From Vulcanimicrobiota bacterium (lineage in GTDB: Bacteria > Vulcanimicrobiota > Xenobia > Xenobiales > JADMJV01), in the NCBI GenBank assembly GCA_050250895.1, contig JBFWNU010000008.1, positions 128,001-192,000 of the forward strand: a stretch of DNA of 64,000 bases. The letters are read 5' to 3'. The position numbers and the translations under genes were made by a program. Shown one piece after another: positions 8,653 to 21,243 of the stretch. The notes under the pieces were generated by a model. That model did no database searches and was not told the DNA's origin. It saw only the letters and a list, made by a program, of their open reading frames with translations. The first letter of the stretch is position 1, and each line of letters opens with the position of its first letter.

Positions 8653-11600
8653 CATGGCCGTCAGGCCCGCGGTGGACGGAAAGCCTCCCTGGCTGCCTAG
8701 CTCGACCAGGCCCGTGCGCAAATCGACGGTCATTTCCAGCACGGCATCGTAGAGACGCACGACCCAGGCGGGGGTCGTGGCCTGGCTGCTGACTCGGACC
8801 GGATGCAGTGACCCATCGGGGGCGCGAAACAGGTGCAGCCCGCTTTCGGCGGCCAGCAAGCGGTGGCAGAGCAAGCCTTCGATAGCCAGGCCCCGGGCGG
8901 CGGGTCGAGCCTCCAGAGCCATGTTTTCGGCCAGGCTTTCGAAGCAGGTTTTGAGGCCTGTGCCCCATTCGGGATCGCCCAGGGCGGTGAACTGCAGGCT
9001 CAATCGGGTAGGGGAGGGCGCGGCCAGTTCCGCCGCCGTGTGGAGTAGCAGTGCCCAATCGGCCAGCACCGGGCTAGGCTTGGCTTCGGGTCGCTCGGCG
9101 CAGGCGGTCGCCAGCCTCTGCAGCTCCTGGGTCAGCGAACCCGCCAGTAACCCCAGCCAGAGTGGTTCGGGGGCCATGACCAGGCGCGGGCCGCTGTCGC
9201 GCCGACGGGTCTTGCGCTCAGTATTGCGCAAGCTGGCCCGCAGACGCCGGGCTTCATCGCGGGCAGCGAAGTAGGCTAGTTCGGCGTGGCTGGGCTCTTC
9301 TCCGATGGTGGTGGGAGCGGCCGGGTTGATCACCTCGGCCTCAAGCATTTCGAGCTGGCGCGTCAGTTCGGGGAGTTCCGGGCGGGGACCGCGCTGGTCG
9401 CGCACCCGGGGGCAGGCCGCCAGGGGCTCGAGTTCCACCGTGATCGGGCTGCCCGCTCGTAAGCGCAGCAGAGTCGGGGTTTCGGGCGGGACCGAGGCGA
9501 GCAGGGCAGCCAGCGGGGCGGTGATGTGACGCTCGACCTCACGCTTGAGGGCTCGCGCTCCTAGTTCGGGGTGATAACCGGTCTCCACAATCTTGTCGAG
9601 GGCCTGGGGGTCCACCGCCAGGATGCACTGGCGGCGCACCAGGCCGGCGCGGTGGAAGAGGTTCTCGATGAGCCCGCTGGCCAATTCTCGAACCTCGTCT
9701 CGCGGAAGGCGTGCGAAGGGTACGATACGGTCCAGGCGATTGACGAACTCGGGGGCGAAAAAGGCCCCGACGGCTTTGCGGTAAGCCAGGGATTCCTCGT
9801 GATCGCGACTGCGAATGCCGAAGGCTCTTCCGACCTCCTGGGCCCCGACATTGGAGGTGAGAATTACCAGGCACTGGCTGAAATCGGCCGTGCGGCCCAG
9901 GGCATCGGTGAGGCGCGCGTCCCCGAGTAATCCGAGCAGCAGGTTGAACACATCGGGGTGGGCCTTTTCGATTTCGTCGAGCAGCAGCACGCAGAACGGT
10001 TGGCGTCGGACGGCTGCAGCCAGCAAGCCCTCGGGATGGCGCTCGTCGCCAACCAGCCGGGCCACCGCGTCGGGCTGGAGAAACTCGTTCATGTCGAAGC
10101 GGACCATGCGGTCTGGGGCGCCGAAAAGGTATTCCGCCAGGAGGCGCGCGCAGTGGGTTTTGCCCACGCCGGTGGGGCCGACGAAGAGAAGGTTGGCCAG
10201 GGGGCGCCCCGGTTCGCAGAGGCCGGCTTTGAGCACGGTGACGGTGTCCACCAGCGCCTTCAGAGCCTCGGGCTGGCCCGCCAGCCGGGCGACAAAGTGG
10301 GCCTCGAGCTCGGCGGGGTCGAGGTCCTGGCGCTCGTCGAGGATGGCCGAGGCCAGACCGGTCTGGGCGCTAAACTGCTCGAGCACCCGGGTCCGGCCGA
10401 TGCGCTCGCCTTTATAGGTTGTGCCGCACTGGCGCAGCAGACGCACGGCCTTGCCCGGAAAGCACAGCCAGGGTAGGTGGCGATTCCCGAGTTCGCGCGC
10501 CGTCTCGAAGGCCTCGAGTTCGAACTGGCAGTCGAACTCTCGCTCGAGTTGACGCGCTTGCGAGAGCAGCACGCCCAGGGTGACGGTGGGGTTGGTCTCT
10601 TCGAGGTGAACCGTCTGGAACTGATCGCACAACCCCCGGTCGCGCTCTTGCAGGCGGGACCAGGCGGATGGGGTCATCTCGGCCAGGACTCGGACCGAGC
10701 GCCGTTCGATGTAGGGGCGCAGCACATCGATCACCGAGAGTTCGCAGTCGCGACTCTGGCCCGCCCGGTAGAGCCCCGGAAAGTCGTCAAAATAGAGCAC
10801 CAGCTCACCCTTCTGAGCGTGCTCTAAAATAGCCAGCAGGCGCCGCTCCCATTGGCCCAGATAAGACATGCCCGAGATCAAGCGTTGGGGGCCGAGCAGC
10901 CAAAGGCGGCGGCTTCGTGGGTCCTGATGGAGCTGCCTGCGGGCTAGTTCATGGATGAGAGCCGTCTTGCCAACCAGGGGGCCTCCCAACACCACCACCG
11001 GGGCGTGGCTTTCCAGCGCCTGTTCCAATTGCTGGCTCTGGGGTCCGCGACCGTCGCAGGGCGAGAGAGCATCGGGATAGAGGTCTTCCAGGCAGCGACC
11101 AACTCGCTCGAGTTCAGCCATGCCGGTGCCAACCCGTGCTTCTTCGAGCAAGGCCTGGCCATCGTGGGCAGCCTCGTCGAGCCGGTTGCGATCCGGCTCG
11201 AGTTCGAGTTCCAGGCTGGTGAGCCAGGCTCGCCCCGCCAGACTGACCTCCTCGGGAGAGGGTTTGGGCTGGCGACGAAAATAGTCGACCAGAAACCGCG
11301 CGAGCTCGCTTTTGATGTCTTCGGGTCGGGCAACCTCGAACCAAACCTGGGGCAGGGCCGGCAGATGGACGAGCCAGCGCTCGAACTGGCGAAAAAAGAT
11401 CACCAGCAGGCGACAATGAGCCGTTCGTTTGGCCAGGGGAAAGGTCACCTCGAGCAGTTTCTCGCGCAGAGGCGGGCTGAACAGATGCTCGGCTAACTCG
11501 TCCTGGCGAGGCAGTTGGCTGATCTCCTCGAGCTCTTTGCGCACTGACCCGGCCAGGCGGTGCAGGACCCGTTCAAGCCGCTGCCCGCGTTCTCGCAGAT

Positions 11601-11682
11601 GGGGGGCAAAAAGCATGCGCAGTTGGAAGTACGGGTATTCTCGACTCGCCCCTTCGACGTAAACTGGCAGAGAAAAGCGCAT
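8605..11682 (-). CDS. ClpA/B-like double AAA+ ATPase with release-factor-like C-terminus (paralog 1)
   Basis: Walker A GGPLVGKT and GPTGVGKT, RFDMNEF, LLLDEIEKAH, GARALKR; C-terminal LAAESGLH and VVRLYD..VDLRTG. Confidence 0.85.
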   Translation of the reverse strand: MRFSLPVYVEGASREYPYFQLRMLFAPHLRERGQRLERVLHRLAGSVRKELEEISQLPRQDELAEHLFSPPLREKLLEVTFPLAKRTAHCRLLVIFFRQFERWLVHLPALPQVWFEVARPEDIKSELARFLVDYFRRQPKPSPEEVSLAGRAWLTSLELELEPDRNRLDEAAHDGQALLEEARVGTGMAELERVGRCLEDLYPDALSPCDGRGPQSQQLEQALESHAPVVVLGGPLVGKTALIHELARRQLHQDPRSRRLWLLGPQRLISGMSYLGQWERRLLAILEHAQKGELVLYFDDFPGLYRAGQSRDCELSVIDVLRPYIERRSVRVLAEMTPSAWSRLQERDRGLCDQFQTVHLEETNPTVTLGVLLSQARQLEREFDCQFELEAFETARELGNRHLPWLCFPGKAVRLLRQCGTTYKGERIGRTRVLEQFSAQTGLASAILDERQDLDPAELEAHFVARLAGQPEALKALVDTVTVLKAGLCEPGRPLANLLFVGPTGVGKTHCARLLAEYLFGAPDRMVRFDMNEFLQPDAVARLVGDERHPEGLLAAAVRRQPFCVLLLDEIEKAHPDVFNLLLGLLGDARLTDALGRTADFSQCLVILTSNVGAQEVGRAFGIRSRDHEESLAYRKAVGAFFAPEFVNRLDRIVPFARLPRDEVRELASGLIENLFHRAGLVRRQCILAVDPQALDKIVETGYHPELGARALKREVERHITAPLAALLASVPPETPTLLRLRAGSPITVELEPLAACPRVRDQRGPRPELPELTRQLEMLEAEVINPAAPTTIGEEPSHAELAYFAARDEARRLRASLRNTERKTRRRDSGPRLVMAPEPLWLGLLAGSLTQELQRLATACAERPEAKPSPVLADWALLLHTAAELAAPSPTRLSLQFTALGDPEWGTGLKTCFESLAENMALEARPAARGLAIEGLLCHRLLAAESGLHLFRAPDGSLHPVRVSSQATTPAWVVRLYDAVLEMTVDLRTGLVELGSQGGFPSTAGLTAMLLAGLSLKPAPAGRA

Positions 11683-11737
11683 TGACCATCGTTCCTGGCT
11701 TTCGGGTCGGCCTCCTGGTTAGTCCAACCCTGGGAGG

Positions 11738-11766
11738 ATGCAAGTCTTGTGTCGGTCTGCTACAAT
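11738..11766 (+). promoter_or_regulatory. Putative sigma70 promoter of the pilin-like cassette
   Basis: ATGCAA-17 nt-TACAAT with extended -10 TG; GGAGG RBS downstream. Confidence 0.45.
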
Positions 11767-11789
11767 AGGACGTTGGAGGGATTTGTTCT

Positions 11790-12203
11790 TTGGTCAAAGC
11801 TCGCTCACGACGCGGATTCAACCTGCTAGAGGTCACGCTGGCGGCCTTTATCTTCAGCATCGTGTCGATCGCGTTTGCCCAGGTATGGGTCTATCACACC
11901 CGTGCCATGGAAAAGACCCGCCACTACCTGGTGGCTTCCCACCTGGCCCAGAGCCTCATCGAGGGCAAGATGGCTCTGGGTTATGCCGGAGTGGACACCG
12001 GCGTCGAAACCGACTTTGCCGAGATGCGCACCCGCGTTCAGGGCACCGATATCACGGTTCGCTACGATTACACCGTCACCATCACCGAGATGGATCCCAG
12101 TCTGGCCGACAAGAAGCGCGCCGTCGAAGTGTTGGTCAAGTGGCACGATAGCACCAACCGAGGGGAGGTGCGGCTTGAGACGATTCTCGGCAGCGCGATC
12201 TAG
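11790..12203 (+). CDS. Type IV pilin-like protein (PilV/pseudopilin-like)
   Basis: Prepilin cleavage motif RRG|FNLLEV followed by a hydrophobic helix. Confidence 0.8.
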   Translation: MVKARSRRGFNLLEVTLAAFIFSIVSIAFAQVWVYHTRAMEKTRHYLVASHLAQSLIEGKMALGYAGVDTGVETDFAEMRTRVQGTDITVRYDYTVTITEMDPSLADKKRAVEVLVKWHDSTNRGEVRLETILGSAI

Positions 12204-12804
12204 ACCGCGCGGTACCACTCTCATCGAGTTGGCGGTGGCTACCTGCATCGTCGGGCTTTTGATGATCGAGATTTGGGGCATGATGCACTACGGGGCGCGT
12301 TACATGAAGCGCTCCAACGAGACTCTCGAGTTGCAGATCTCCACCTTGAAGGCACTCAGTTGGATGTCGCGTGAACTGGCCGAGAGTAGCCCCATCAGCG
12401 TGCGTAACGAGACCGACGGCAGTTACCCCACGAAAGGGCTGGTGTTCGGCGTGCCCCGCGACGAGAACGGCAACCTTGTTCCCGACGCCAACGGCCGTTT
12501 GCGGTGGATGGCTCTGGTCAGCTACTACATCGATGATACTCCGGGTCAACGGCCACGCCTGATGCGCGCGGTCGAACCCTGGCCTGCCGGCCCCTCGGCC
12601 CCTATCAACCCGATCCCCCCCAGCCAGGGGGCAGATCATTTTCGAACTTCAGCCGCCATCATCAACCGTCGCGTCGTGGCCGTGGGCGTCACCGACCTGA
12701 TCGTCACGCCCAGCGGCGATAGCCTTCGCGTCGAAATGATGACCGAGAACGAGACCAAAGATACGGCCATCGAGTCGATGACCGTTCTGGATCTCAGGAA
12801 CTGA
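12175..12804 (+). CDS. Type IV pilin-like protein (PilW/GspJ-like)
   Basis: RG|TTLIEL prepilin motif plus hydrophobic helix; TTG start at 12175 with GGAGG upstream (the track ORF from 11875 is over-extended). Confidence 0.75.
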   Translation: MRRFSAARSRPRGTTLIELAVATCIVGLLMIEIWGMMHYGARYMKRSNETLELQISTLKALSWMSRELAESSPISVRNETDGSYPTKGLVFGVPRDENGNLVPDANGRLRWMALVSYYIDDTPGQRPRLMRAVEPWPAGPSAPINPIPPSQGADHFRTSAAIINRRVVAVGVTDLIVTPSGDSLRVEMMTENETKDTAIESMTVLDLRN

Positions 12805-12811
12805 GGAGAAC

Positions 12812-14360
<1,549 letters not shown>

Positions 14361-14371
<11 letters not shown>

Positions 14372-17300
14372 GCACGTGGGCCTCGGCCCTCTGTAAATAG
14401 ACCTGTTCGATCCAGGCCCCCACTACGGGGGCCGGATTTTTTCCCGACCAGCTGGTCTGCTTCCCCAGGCGAAAGTCTTCCGCTATGCCTTTGGAGTAGT
14501 CGTAGTGGCGGCGTTTGGCGGCCAGAAACCGGGTGCGCCGAGCGCGCACTTCTTCGGCCGGGTGATAACCCGAGATCTCTCCCTCGCTCACCTCGACCAG
14601 GCAGTGGTGACCTCCGTCGAAGGTGTGCAATCCGGTCTCGGGCTCCAGACGGGCGAAGACGCCGGGACCCTCCAGGCAGCAGATGGCTCCCAGGCATTCC
14701 TGCGGCAACTCGCCACGGTACGGAAAGGCCAACAGTTCGGCCTGCTCGTCGGGTTGGCTCACCCACTGGCCAGCCACGCAGGCGAACCCGCCGGGCTTCC
14801 AGGGATGGGCCGGCGCGAACACCGCGTAGCACTGGCTCAGCAGTCCGGGCAATTCGGTGTAGAGAGCCAGCAGACGACGAACCATGGGGGTGCTGGCCGC
14901 GAAAATTCCGACAGTGGCCTGATCGGGGCGATCAAAGTGCAACGAATAGAGCGCGAGCAAGAGCCCTTGCGCCTGCTCGTCGAGTTGCTTCAGCAACTCG
15001 GGAGCCTCGGGGCCTTCGACCAGATATTGCTCTTCCACCGCTTCGGCCTGAGCTAGAGCTGAGCTCAGGCGCTTCCACAATGCCTTGCGAGCCGGCAACC
15101 TGGAGAGCCAGCGGAGCTGGTCGGGGTCAGCATGCCCGGCTGGGGAGGCTTGAGACTCGAGCCGCTCGAGTTGGGTAATCTCGTTTTCGAGTTCTAGGGC
15201 TGAGACCGAGCCTTTGAGTCGATCCAGGCGTCGTCGCCGTTGGGCCGCCTGTTCCAACCGTTCGCCGGCCCGAGTGCGGGTCGCTCGCGCTTCGAGTTTG
15301 ACCTCGAGTCCCACCACCCTGGGTTTGCCCTGGCATAGACTGCGAGCCAGGGGGACGACCACCTCGTCGTGCACCACCCGCTTGAGGTGGCGGGCGCCAA
15401 AGGCGGCATCGTAGCCAAGCTGGCTTAGTCTGGTCAACAGAGCCGGACTGGGGGTCAGGCGAGCCCTCTGGGTGGCCAGCCCGTGACGTTGCTCGAGGCG
15501 ACCGACTTCGCGGGCGGCTAGCCGTTGGATATCGGCGGGCTCGAGCGGCGCGAACGGAATGACACGGTCGATCCGGTTGAACAACTCAGGGCGAAAACTC
15601 TTGCGGGCCGACTCGACGAAATGAGCGTCGCCAGTTGGGGCCACCTGGCGCAGGCCCATTCCGGACTGGCGAAACGAGTCCACCCCCAGATTGGACGTCA
15701 TGATCACCACGGTATTGCTGAAGTCGGCGGTGCGGCCGGCGGCGTCGCTCACCCGTCCTTCCCCCAGAATTCCCAGTAGCAGATCGAACAGGCTGGGATC
15801 GGCCTTCTCGAGCTCGTCGAAAAGCACCACCGAGAACGGCCGGCCTCGCACGGCCGAGGTCAGCGCGCCCGCTCCGTCTGGACCCCGGATCAGGCGTTCC
15901 ACCGCCCAGGGGTCTGAATACTCGCTCATGTCGAACCGCACCACGCGCGAGGCATCCGAGAAGAGAAAGCCAGCCAGAGTGCGAGCCATCTCGGTCTTGC
16001 CCACCCCAGAGGGTCCCACGAAGAGAAGGCTCACGATGGGTCGCCCGACTCGGGTGACGCCAGATTTCGCCCGGGTAATGGCATCGGTCACCATCGAGGC
16101 GGCCAGGGGTTGGCCGAGAACTCGTGAGGCGAAGTAGTCCAGGGTCTCGTCGGGATGGTAGCGCTCGGTCGGTGAGACCAAAAAGAGCGGCAAGCCGGTC
16201 TCTTGCGAGAAAGTCTGACACACCGTTTCTTCGGTGATTTTCTGGCTGCCGCCCTCGAGCAACCCTCGCAGAAATCGCAGCGGTCTGCCCGGATAGGCCG
16301 AATAGGTGGCAAAGCGCCGGTGGAGACGGTCGATGCATTCGAGCGCTTCGAGTTCGATGGTGTCCTCGCTTCCGGCCCACTCTACTGCGGTCTTGAGCAG
16401 GATCGATTGGCCGGCGCCGGCGCCGGGAGCCTCCATCTCAAAAAGCGAGAAAGCAGCCAGCAGGTGCGGAGCACGCTCTTCGAGGTTGCGCAACTGCTCG
16501 GGGTCGCACTCACAGATAGCGCTCAGTCGGCCGCGGGCCATGGCCGGGCGAAGGTATTCAGCCATCCCCTCCGGAGTGGACGCCGACCGTCCGGCCTCCA
16601 GGAGGTGGGTCAGCGCTCCAAGATGGACTACCGCCTTCTGGTTGGCGGCCGCTTCGATCAGGCGCTGGCAGTTCTGCTGCCACATTCCGAAGCCTTCGGC
16701 CCCAGCCAAAAGGCGAGAACCGGTGGTTTCATAGAACGGTGTTGCGCCGAGCTGAAGGCTCGCTTTGCGCCGCACCAACTCGCGCACCAGGGCCGTCTTG
16801 CCGCAACCCGGGGGCCCGCATAGGAGAACGCTCTTGCAGCCCGGCTCGAGCCACTCCGCCAGCTTCTCCACCAGCTCATCGAACTCATAGGCCCTGGGCA
16901 TCTGGTCGGGCTTGAGGGCGGTGGCCAACTCTTGAAGGGGATTCTCCTCGGTCACCTGGCCGGGTTCGCAGGCGATCTCCAGCCGTCGAAATTCGAACGG
17001 TCCGCAAGGCAGGCTCACCAGTCCTCCCAGGTTGGCCAACAGGCCTCGACGTCGCAGCTCTTGCTCGATGCTCTGGGCTACGAATTCGGCCGGCTCCTGG
17101 GTTTTTGGCGCCAGCAGTTCAAGGTCTAGAGCGGGCACGCAGGCTCCCCACAGACCGGCACCCTGGGGCCACCGCAGGTAGTCGAATGCCAGCTCGACGG
17201 CGCGGCTAAAGCCCGCGGGTTCGGCCGGCCGGGCCTGGACCACCACGCGCTCCTGGACCCAGTGTTCAGGTTCGGCCAGGTTGTGATGGTGTTGTTCGGG

Positions 17301-17459
17301 CACGCCGGCCAGCAGGTGGCCCAACCCTTCTTCGAGTCGCTGCAACACCTCTTCTGGTTGTTCTGCCAGGGCTGAAAACTCGGGAAAGAACAGCGCCTGG
17401 CCCAGCCAGCCCTCGGGGCCCGCTGGACGCAGCCACACCAGCACCGGCAGCGTGCTCAA
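14361..17459 (-). CDS. ClpA/B-like double AAA+ ATPase with release-factor-like C-terminus (paralog 2)
   Basis: GPPGCGKT with degenerate Walker B (VVHLGA), GPSGVGKT, RFDMSEY, VLFDELEKAD, RPELFNRID; C-terminal EGPGVFARLEPETGLH and RRHYDY..EDFRLG. Confidence 0.85.
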
Positions 17460-18505
17460 CGATAGGCCTGATAGGCCAGCCTGGCCACCTGGGCGATGAG
17501 GCGGTCGGCCTTGGATTCGCCCCGGACCTGGCGGGTGAATCCGACCACGATGAGATAATCGCCCGAGGGTAGCTCGATGATGCCGGCGTCATTACGAATT
17601 CCGGCCAGCGTGCCGGTCTTGTGATAGATCGGCACACTTGCGTCGAGCAGGCTGGGAATGCGAGTGTGGTATTTCTGGCCGGCCATCACGTCCAGGCAGT
17701 AGGCGGTCTGGGTGGGGTCGAGCAGTTCGCCGGCCACCAATTTGGCCAGCAGCCAGCCCATATCCTCAGGCGAAGCCAGGTTGTCCATGGCGGCGGCTAC
17801 CGCAGCGTCTTCTTGATCGCTTTGGGCTGAGGAACCGTCTTCGATGGCCTGGAATTGCTTCAAGCTGAGGGTTTTCGATTTTTCGAACACGGTCTCGGCA
17901 AGCTGATGACGCTGTGGCTGGCTCATCGCCAGCCAGCGGCGGGCTATAGCCATGGGCCCCAACCCACTCAAGCCTGGGGCACGACCCAGTGAAAGAAGCC
18001 AGGCGGTGCGGTTATTCATGAAGATATCGCTATGAGTCAGACCCAGACCCGTCATCATCTGATTGACGCTGTCGTGGCCGATGTGATTGAAGAGCATGTC
18101 GGTAGCCGTGTTGTCCGAGATGCTCATCATCAAGCGCATACATCTGTCCAAGGACACGGTGGTGCCGTTGCGGCTGTGCTGCAACTGGCCGCTTCCGATG
18201 CATTTCTCGGCCTCGTTGATAGTAAAGCTCGTGGTGCGGCTCAGGCTACCGGCCTGGATCCGGCGGGCCACCTCGATCATGATGGGCACCTTGAACACGC
18301 TGGCCAGTGGGAAGGGGGTCGTGCCGTTGAGGCTGACCATCTCTCCGCTAGCGGGATGGATGATGGCGATGCCGGCCTCGAGCTGACCCCGGTGCTGGTT
18401 GACCAGGTAACGGACATCATTATCGAGCTTTTTGCGCCGGGCCTCGTCGGCCCAACCGGGCAGGCAGGCGAGCATCAGAAGCAGGGCGAGCAGTTTTCTT
18501 TTCAT
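17456..18505 (-). CDS. Secreted serine hydrolase of class A beta-lactamase/PBP-A fold
   Basis: Signal peptide; SVFK (SxxK), SDN and KTG motifs. Confidence 0.85.
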   Translation of the reverse strand: MKRKLLALLLMLACLPGWADEARRKKLDNDVRYLVNQHRGQLEAGIAIIHPASGEMVSLNGTTPFPLASVFKVPIMIEVARRIQAGSLSRTTSFTINEAEKCIGSGQLQHSRNGTTVSLDRCMRLMMSISDNTATDMLFNHIGHDSVNQMMTGLGLTHSDIFMNNRTAWLLSLGRAPGLSGLGPMAIARRWLAMSQPQRHQLAETVFEKSKTLSLKQFQAIEDGSSAQSDQEDAAVAAAMDNLASPEDMGWLLAKLVAGELLDPTQTAYCLDVMAGQKYHTRIPSLLDASVPIYHKTGTLAGIRNDAGIIELPSGDYLIVVGFTRQVRGESKADRLIAQVARLAYQAYR

Positions 18506-19527
18506 TGGGATTCCTCAAGAGCGGCGTTTTGCAAGTTTAACCGGGACAGCATTCCCCGGGTCGCGATCCGCAGTAGCGGATTGCACAGGGCCAGAGGCAA
18601 CGACCACAGCAGCATGGCATAGACCCAGCGCCGGCTGACCTTGACCACCCGGCCGGGCTCGAGCCAATCAGGACGCGCCGCCAGCCGATTCAGGGTAGCC
18701 AGTCCGATTAGGACCGGCCACAGGGTGGCCAGTCGCAGCCGCAGGCATCGCGGCGGGATGGCCAGCAGGTAGGCCACCGCGTCGGCATAGTAGTTCGACG
18801 CTCGACCCAGCCATTTCGAGAGCACCGGGGCGGCCCGACGTGAGTTGCCGGGCAACAACAGGTCGGACGGCACCAGGCCTCGACCGGCCAGCTCGTCGAG
18901 GGGCAGGTAACAGCGCCCGTTGCGAAGGTCTCGGGGCAGATCGCGCAACACATTGGTCAGCTGCAGAGCCTTGCCGAAGCGGATGCCCAGCGGCTCCATC
19001 ACCTCGGGGTCCCAATTGGCCAGGGCGACGCTGTGACGCCGGCTGACCACTGTCCAGAACTCGCCCACGCAGCCCGCCACCAGATAGATGTAGCGCTCGA
19101 GGTCCCTCTCGTCGGCCAGGGCTAACAGACTGTCGGCTTGGAACCGCTCGAGGTCGAACTCCATCCCCGTGATCAAGGTCTCGACCACCCGCCGCACTGC
19201 CAGGCGATCGCGCCTGGGCAGCTGGTCGTAGAGCGAAAAGGCTTCGGGCAGAGCCTCGAGCAGAGCCCCCTCGGCCTGGTCGGCGGGCCGAACGGCAGCC
19301 ACCCGATATTCGGTGCCGGGTTGGGCCAGTCGGGCCTTGAGCCGAGCCAGTTCGGGGCCGCGCTCGCCCGGCTTCACAGCGGCGGTGTCGGCCATCGTGT
19401 CGGCCGCTCGGGCCAGTAAATAGGCCAATCCAACCACTTCGCGCATTCCGGCCGGCAACACCCTGATGGTGAGATAGAAGGCTCGCGAAACCGACCGCAG
19501 GATGTCGGTCAGAAGAGGCTGACTCAA
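18502..19527 (-). CDS. Squalene/phytoene synthase family protein
   Basis: LRSVSRAF, YLLARAADT, YIYLVAGCVGEFWT, ALQLTNVLRD..DLRNGRCYLP. Confidence 0.88.
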   Translation of the reverse strand: MSQPLLTDILRSVSRAFYLTIRVLPAGMREVVGLAYLLARAADTMADTAAVKPGERGPELARLKARLAQPGTEYRVAAVRPADQAEGALLEALPEAFSLYDQLPRRDRLAVRRVVETLITGMEFDLERFQADSLLALADERDLERYIYLVAGCVGEFWTVVSRRHSVALANWDPEVMEPLGIRFGKALQLTNVLRDLPRDLRNGRCYLPLDELAGRGLVPSDLLLPGNSRRAAPVLSKWLGRASNYYADAVAYLLAIPPRCLRLRLATLWPVLIGLATLNRLAARPDWLEPGRVVKVSRRWVYAMLLWSLPLALCNPLLRIATRGMLSRLNLQNAALEESQ

Positions 19528-20168
19528 AGTGGCGCTCCCAAAAGTTCGAGCACGCCGCGATAGTCCCCGCGCAGGCGCTGCCGAGCCCAGTCCGAGGGAG
19601 TCAAGCCATGGCGATCCTTGGCCTGGGGCGAGGCGCCCGCCGCCAACAGCAGCTTGACCTCACCCGTGAGCCCCTCGGCGGCCGCCTGGTGGAGCGGAGT
19701 GCGCCCCTCGTGGTCGGGCTGGTGCACATCGGCCCCGGCTGCGAGCAAGCGCCGGGTGATCCCGAGATGGCGGCGCTCGACCGAGGCCAGCAACGGGGTC
19801 ACGCCGTCCCGGTCACGAGTGTCGAGCCTGGCCCCTCGCGTTACCAGCATTTCTAGGATGGTCAGATGACCACCAGCGGCGGCCGCAAACACGGCCGTGT
19901 TGCCTTGGGGAGTGGCGGCCTCGAGTTCGCTGCCCAGCTCGATCAGCAGCATCACCATCTCGGGACGGTTCATCGCCGCGGCCCGGTAAAGGGGACGTAT
20001 CCCCCGACCCAGGTCGGAGTTGACCAGCGATGGATCTTGCTCGGCCATCCGGCGGACCTCGCTTAGATCCCCTTCGTGAAGGGCCTTGAAAAATTCGACT
20101 TTGGGGTCCTGGGCGAGGGCTTGTCCGAGCAAGCTACAAACCATGACGAACACGAGTGGCCAGCGCAT
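19524..20168 (-). CDS. Secreted ankyrin-repeat protein
   Basis: Signal peptide followed by repeated GxTPL..A ankyrin motifs. Confidence 0.85.
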   Translation of the reverse strand: MRWPLVFVMVCSLLGQALAQDPKVEFFKALHEGDLSEVRRMAEQDPSLVNSDLGRGIRPLYRAAAMNRPEMVMLLIELGSELEAATPQGNTAVFAAAAGGHLTILEMLVTRGARLDTRDRDGVTPLLASVERRHLGITRRLLAAGADVHQPDHEGRTPLHQAAAEGLTGEVKLLLAAGASPQAKDRHGLTPSDWARQRLRGDYRGVLELLGAPL

Positions 20169-20219
20169 GTTGCGGGCTTCGGCGAGGGGGAACTCACTCC
20201 TAGCGGAGAATCAGTCAGG

Positions 20220-21164
20220 GTGGAAAAGATCCTGGATCGGATTCTAGCCTTCTCGGGAATCGCTTTGTTGGTGGCGGTTCTGCTGGCCTGGTTCGTGACG
20301 CCGATCCTGTTTGGCTCCACCGCCAACGAAAGCGATCAACCGGCCATCGTCTCGAGCCGTAAGCCTGGGGTGGAGGAGTCGCGTCGTCAACTGCCCGGCT
20401 CGGTGGTTAAAGTGGCTTCTCGCAAGCCAGGGGGCAAGACCCGGGTTAACCCAGACGATCCCCCCATTCCCAATCGCAAGCCCACCCGACCGGCTCCTCG
20501 CCCCAGTCCGACCCCGGCCGCTACGCCCGTGGCCAATCCCTTACCTCAGCGCAAGCCCAGCCACCCCATCGGCCATCCCGACGTGGCTCCGCCGCCGCCG
20601 CTGCCCGAGGGCAAGGTCCCGACGCTGGCCTGGGTGCTCGACGATCTGAACGCCTATCAAGAGCCCGGTCTCAACCGTCCTATCGCCTCTCGTTTGCAAG
20701 CCGGCGATCAGGTGAGGTTCATCGAGAACCGGGATGATTGGGACCGGGTCATTCTAGACGGCCGAGGTGAAGCCTGGCTGCCAGCCAATCATCTGGCCTT
20801 CGAACGCCCTAAGATTGCCGGCCCCAGCGCCGGTCAGAGCGTGGTCGAGTGCGTGCAGGGATACTTCCAGTCGCTCGACCAGCGAGACTTTCCGGCCGCC
20901 TATTCGATGTTGGCCTCGGCCCGTCAGCAAGAGTGGCCCTATGAGAACTTCACCTCGAACTATACTAGTTTATCCGGAGCCGAATGCCGGGTCGAGCGAA
21001 TCGAGAGTCAGGGGCCGGCCGAGGCGCTGGTATCGGTCAGGGTTCGACTCAACGACTTCGAAGGGCAAAGGCTCTACACCGGTACGGCCTCGCTGGTGAA
21101 TGAGGGAGGCCGGTGGTTAATTCGAGGGTTGGCCCTGACGCCCGAGGCCACTCAGGTCGAGTGA
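20220..21164 (+). CDS. Membrane-anchored protein with Pro-rich linker, SH3-like and NTF2-like domains
   Basis: N-terminal TM helix, Pro-rich stretch, LNAYQEPG...WDRV..GEAWL (SH3b-like), YFQSLDQRDFPAAYSML..GRWLI (NTF2-like). Confidence 0.6.
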   Translation: MEKILDRILAFSGIALLVAVLLAWFVTPILFGSTANESDQPAIVSSRKPGVEESRRQLPGSVVKVASRKPGGKTRVNPDDPPIPNRKPTRPAPRPSPTPAATPVANPLPQRKPSHPIGHPDVAPPPPLPEGKVPTLAWVLDDLNAYQEPGLNRPIASRLQAGDQVRFIENRDDWDRVILDGRGEAWLPANHLAFERPKIAGPSAGQSVVECVQGYFQSLDQRDFPAAYSMLASARQQEWPYENFTSNYTSLSGAECRVERIESQGPAEALVSVRVRLNDFEGQRLYTGTASLVNEGGRWLIRGLALTPEATQVE

Positions 21165-21243
21165 GGCAGGGAAGCCAGACCCTTTCGTCATAAATAGTAA
21201 GTTAGAGGGATCGGCCGCGGGCCGATCCGGACAGGAGGAGCCA

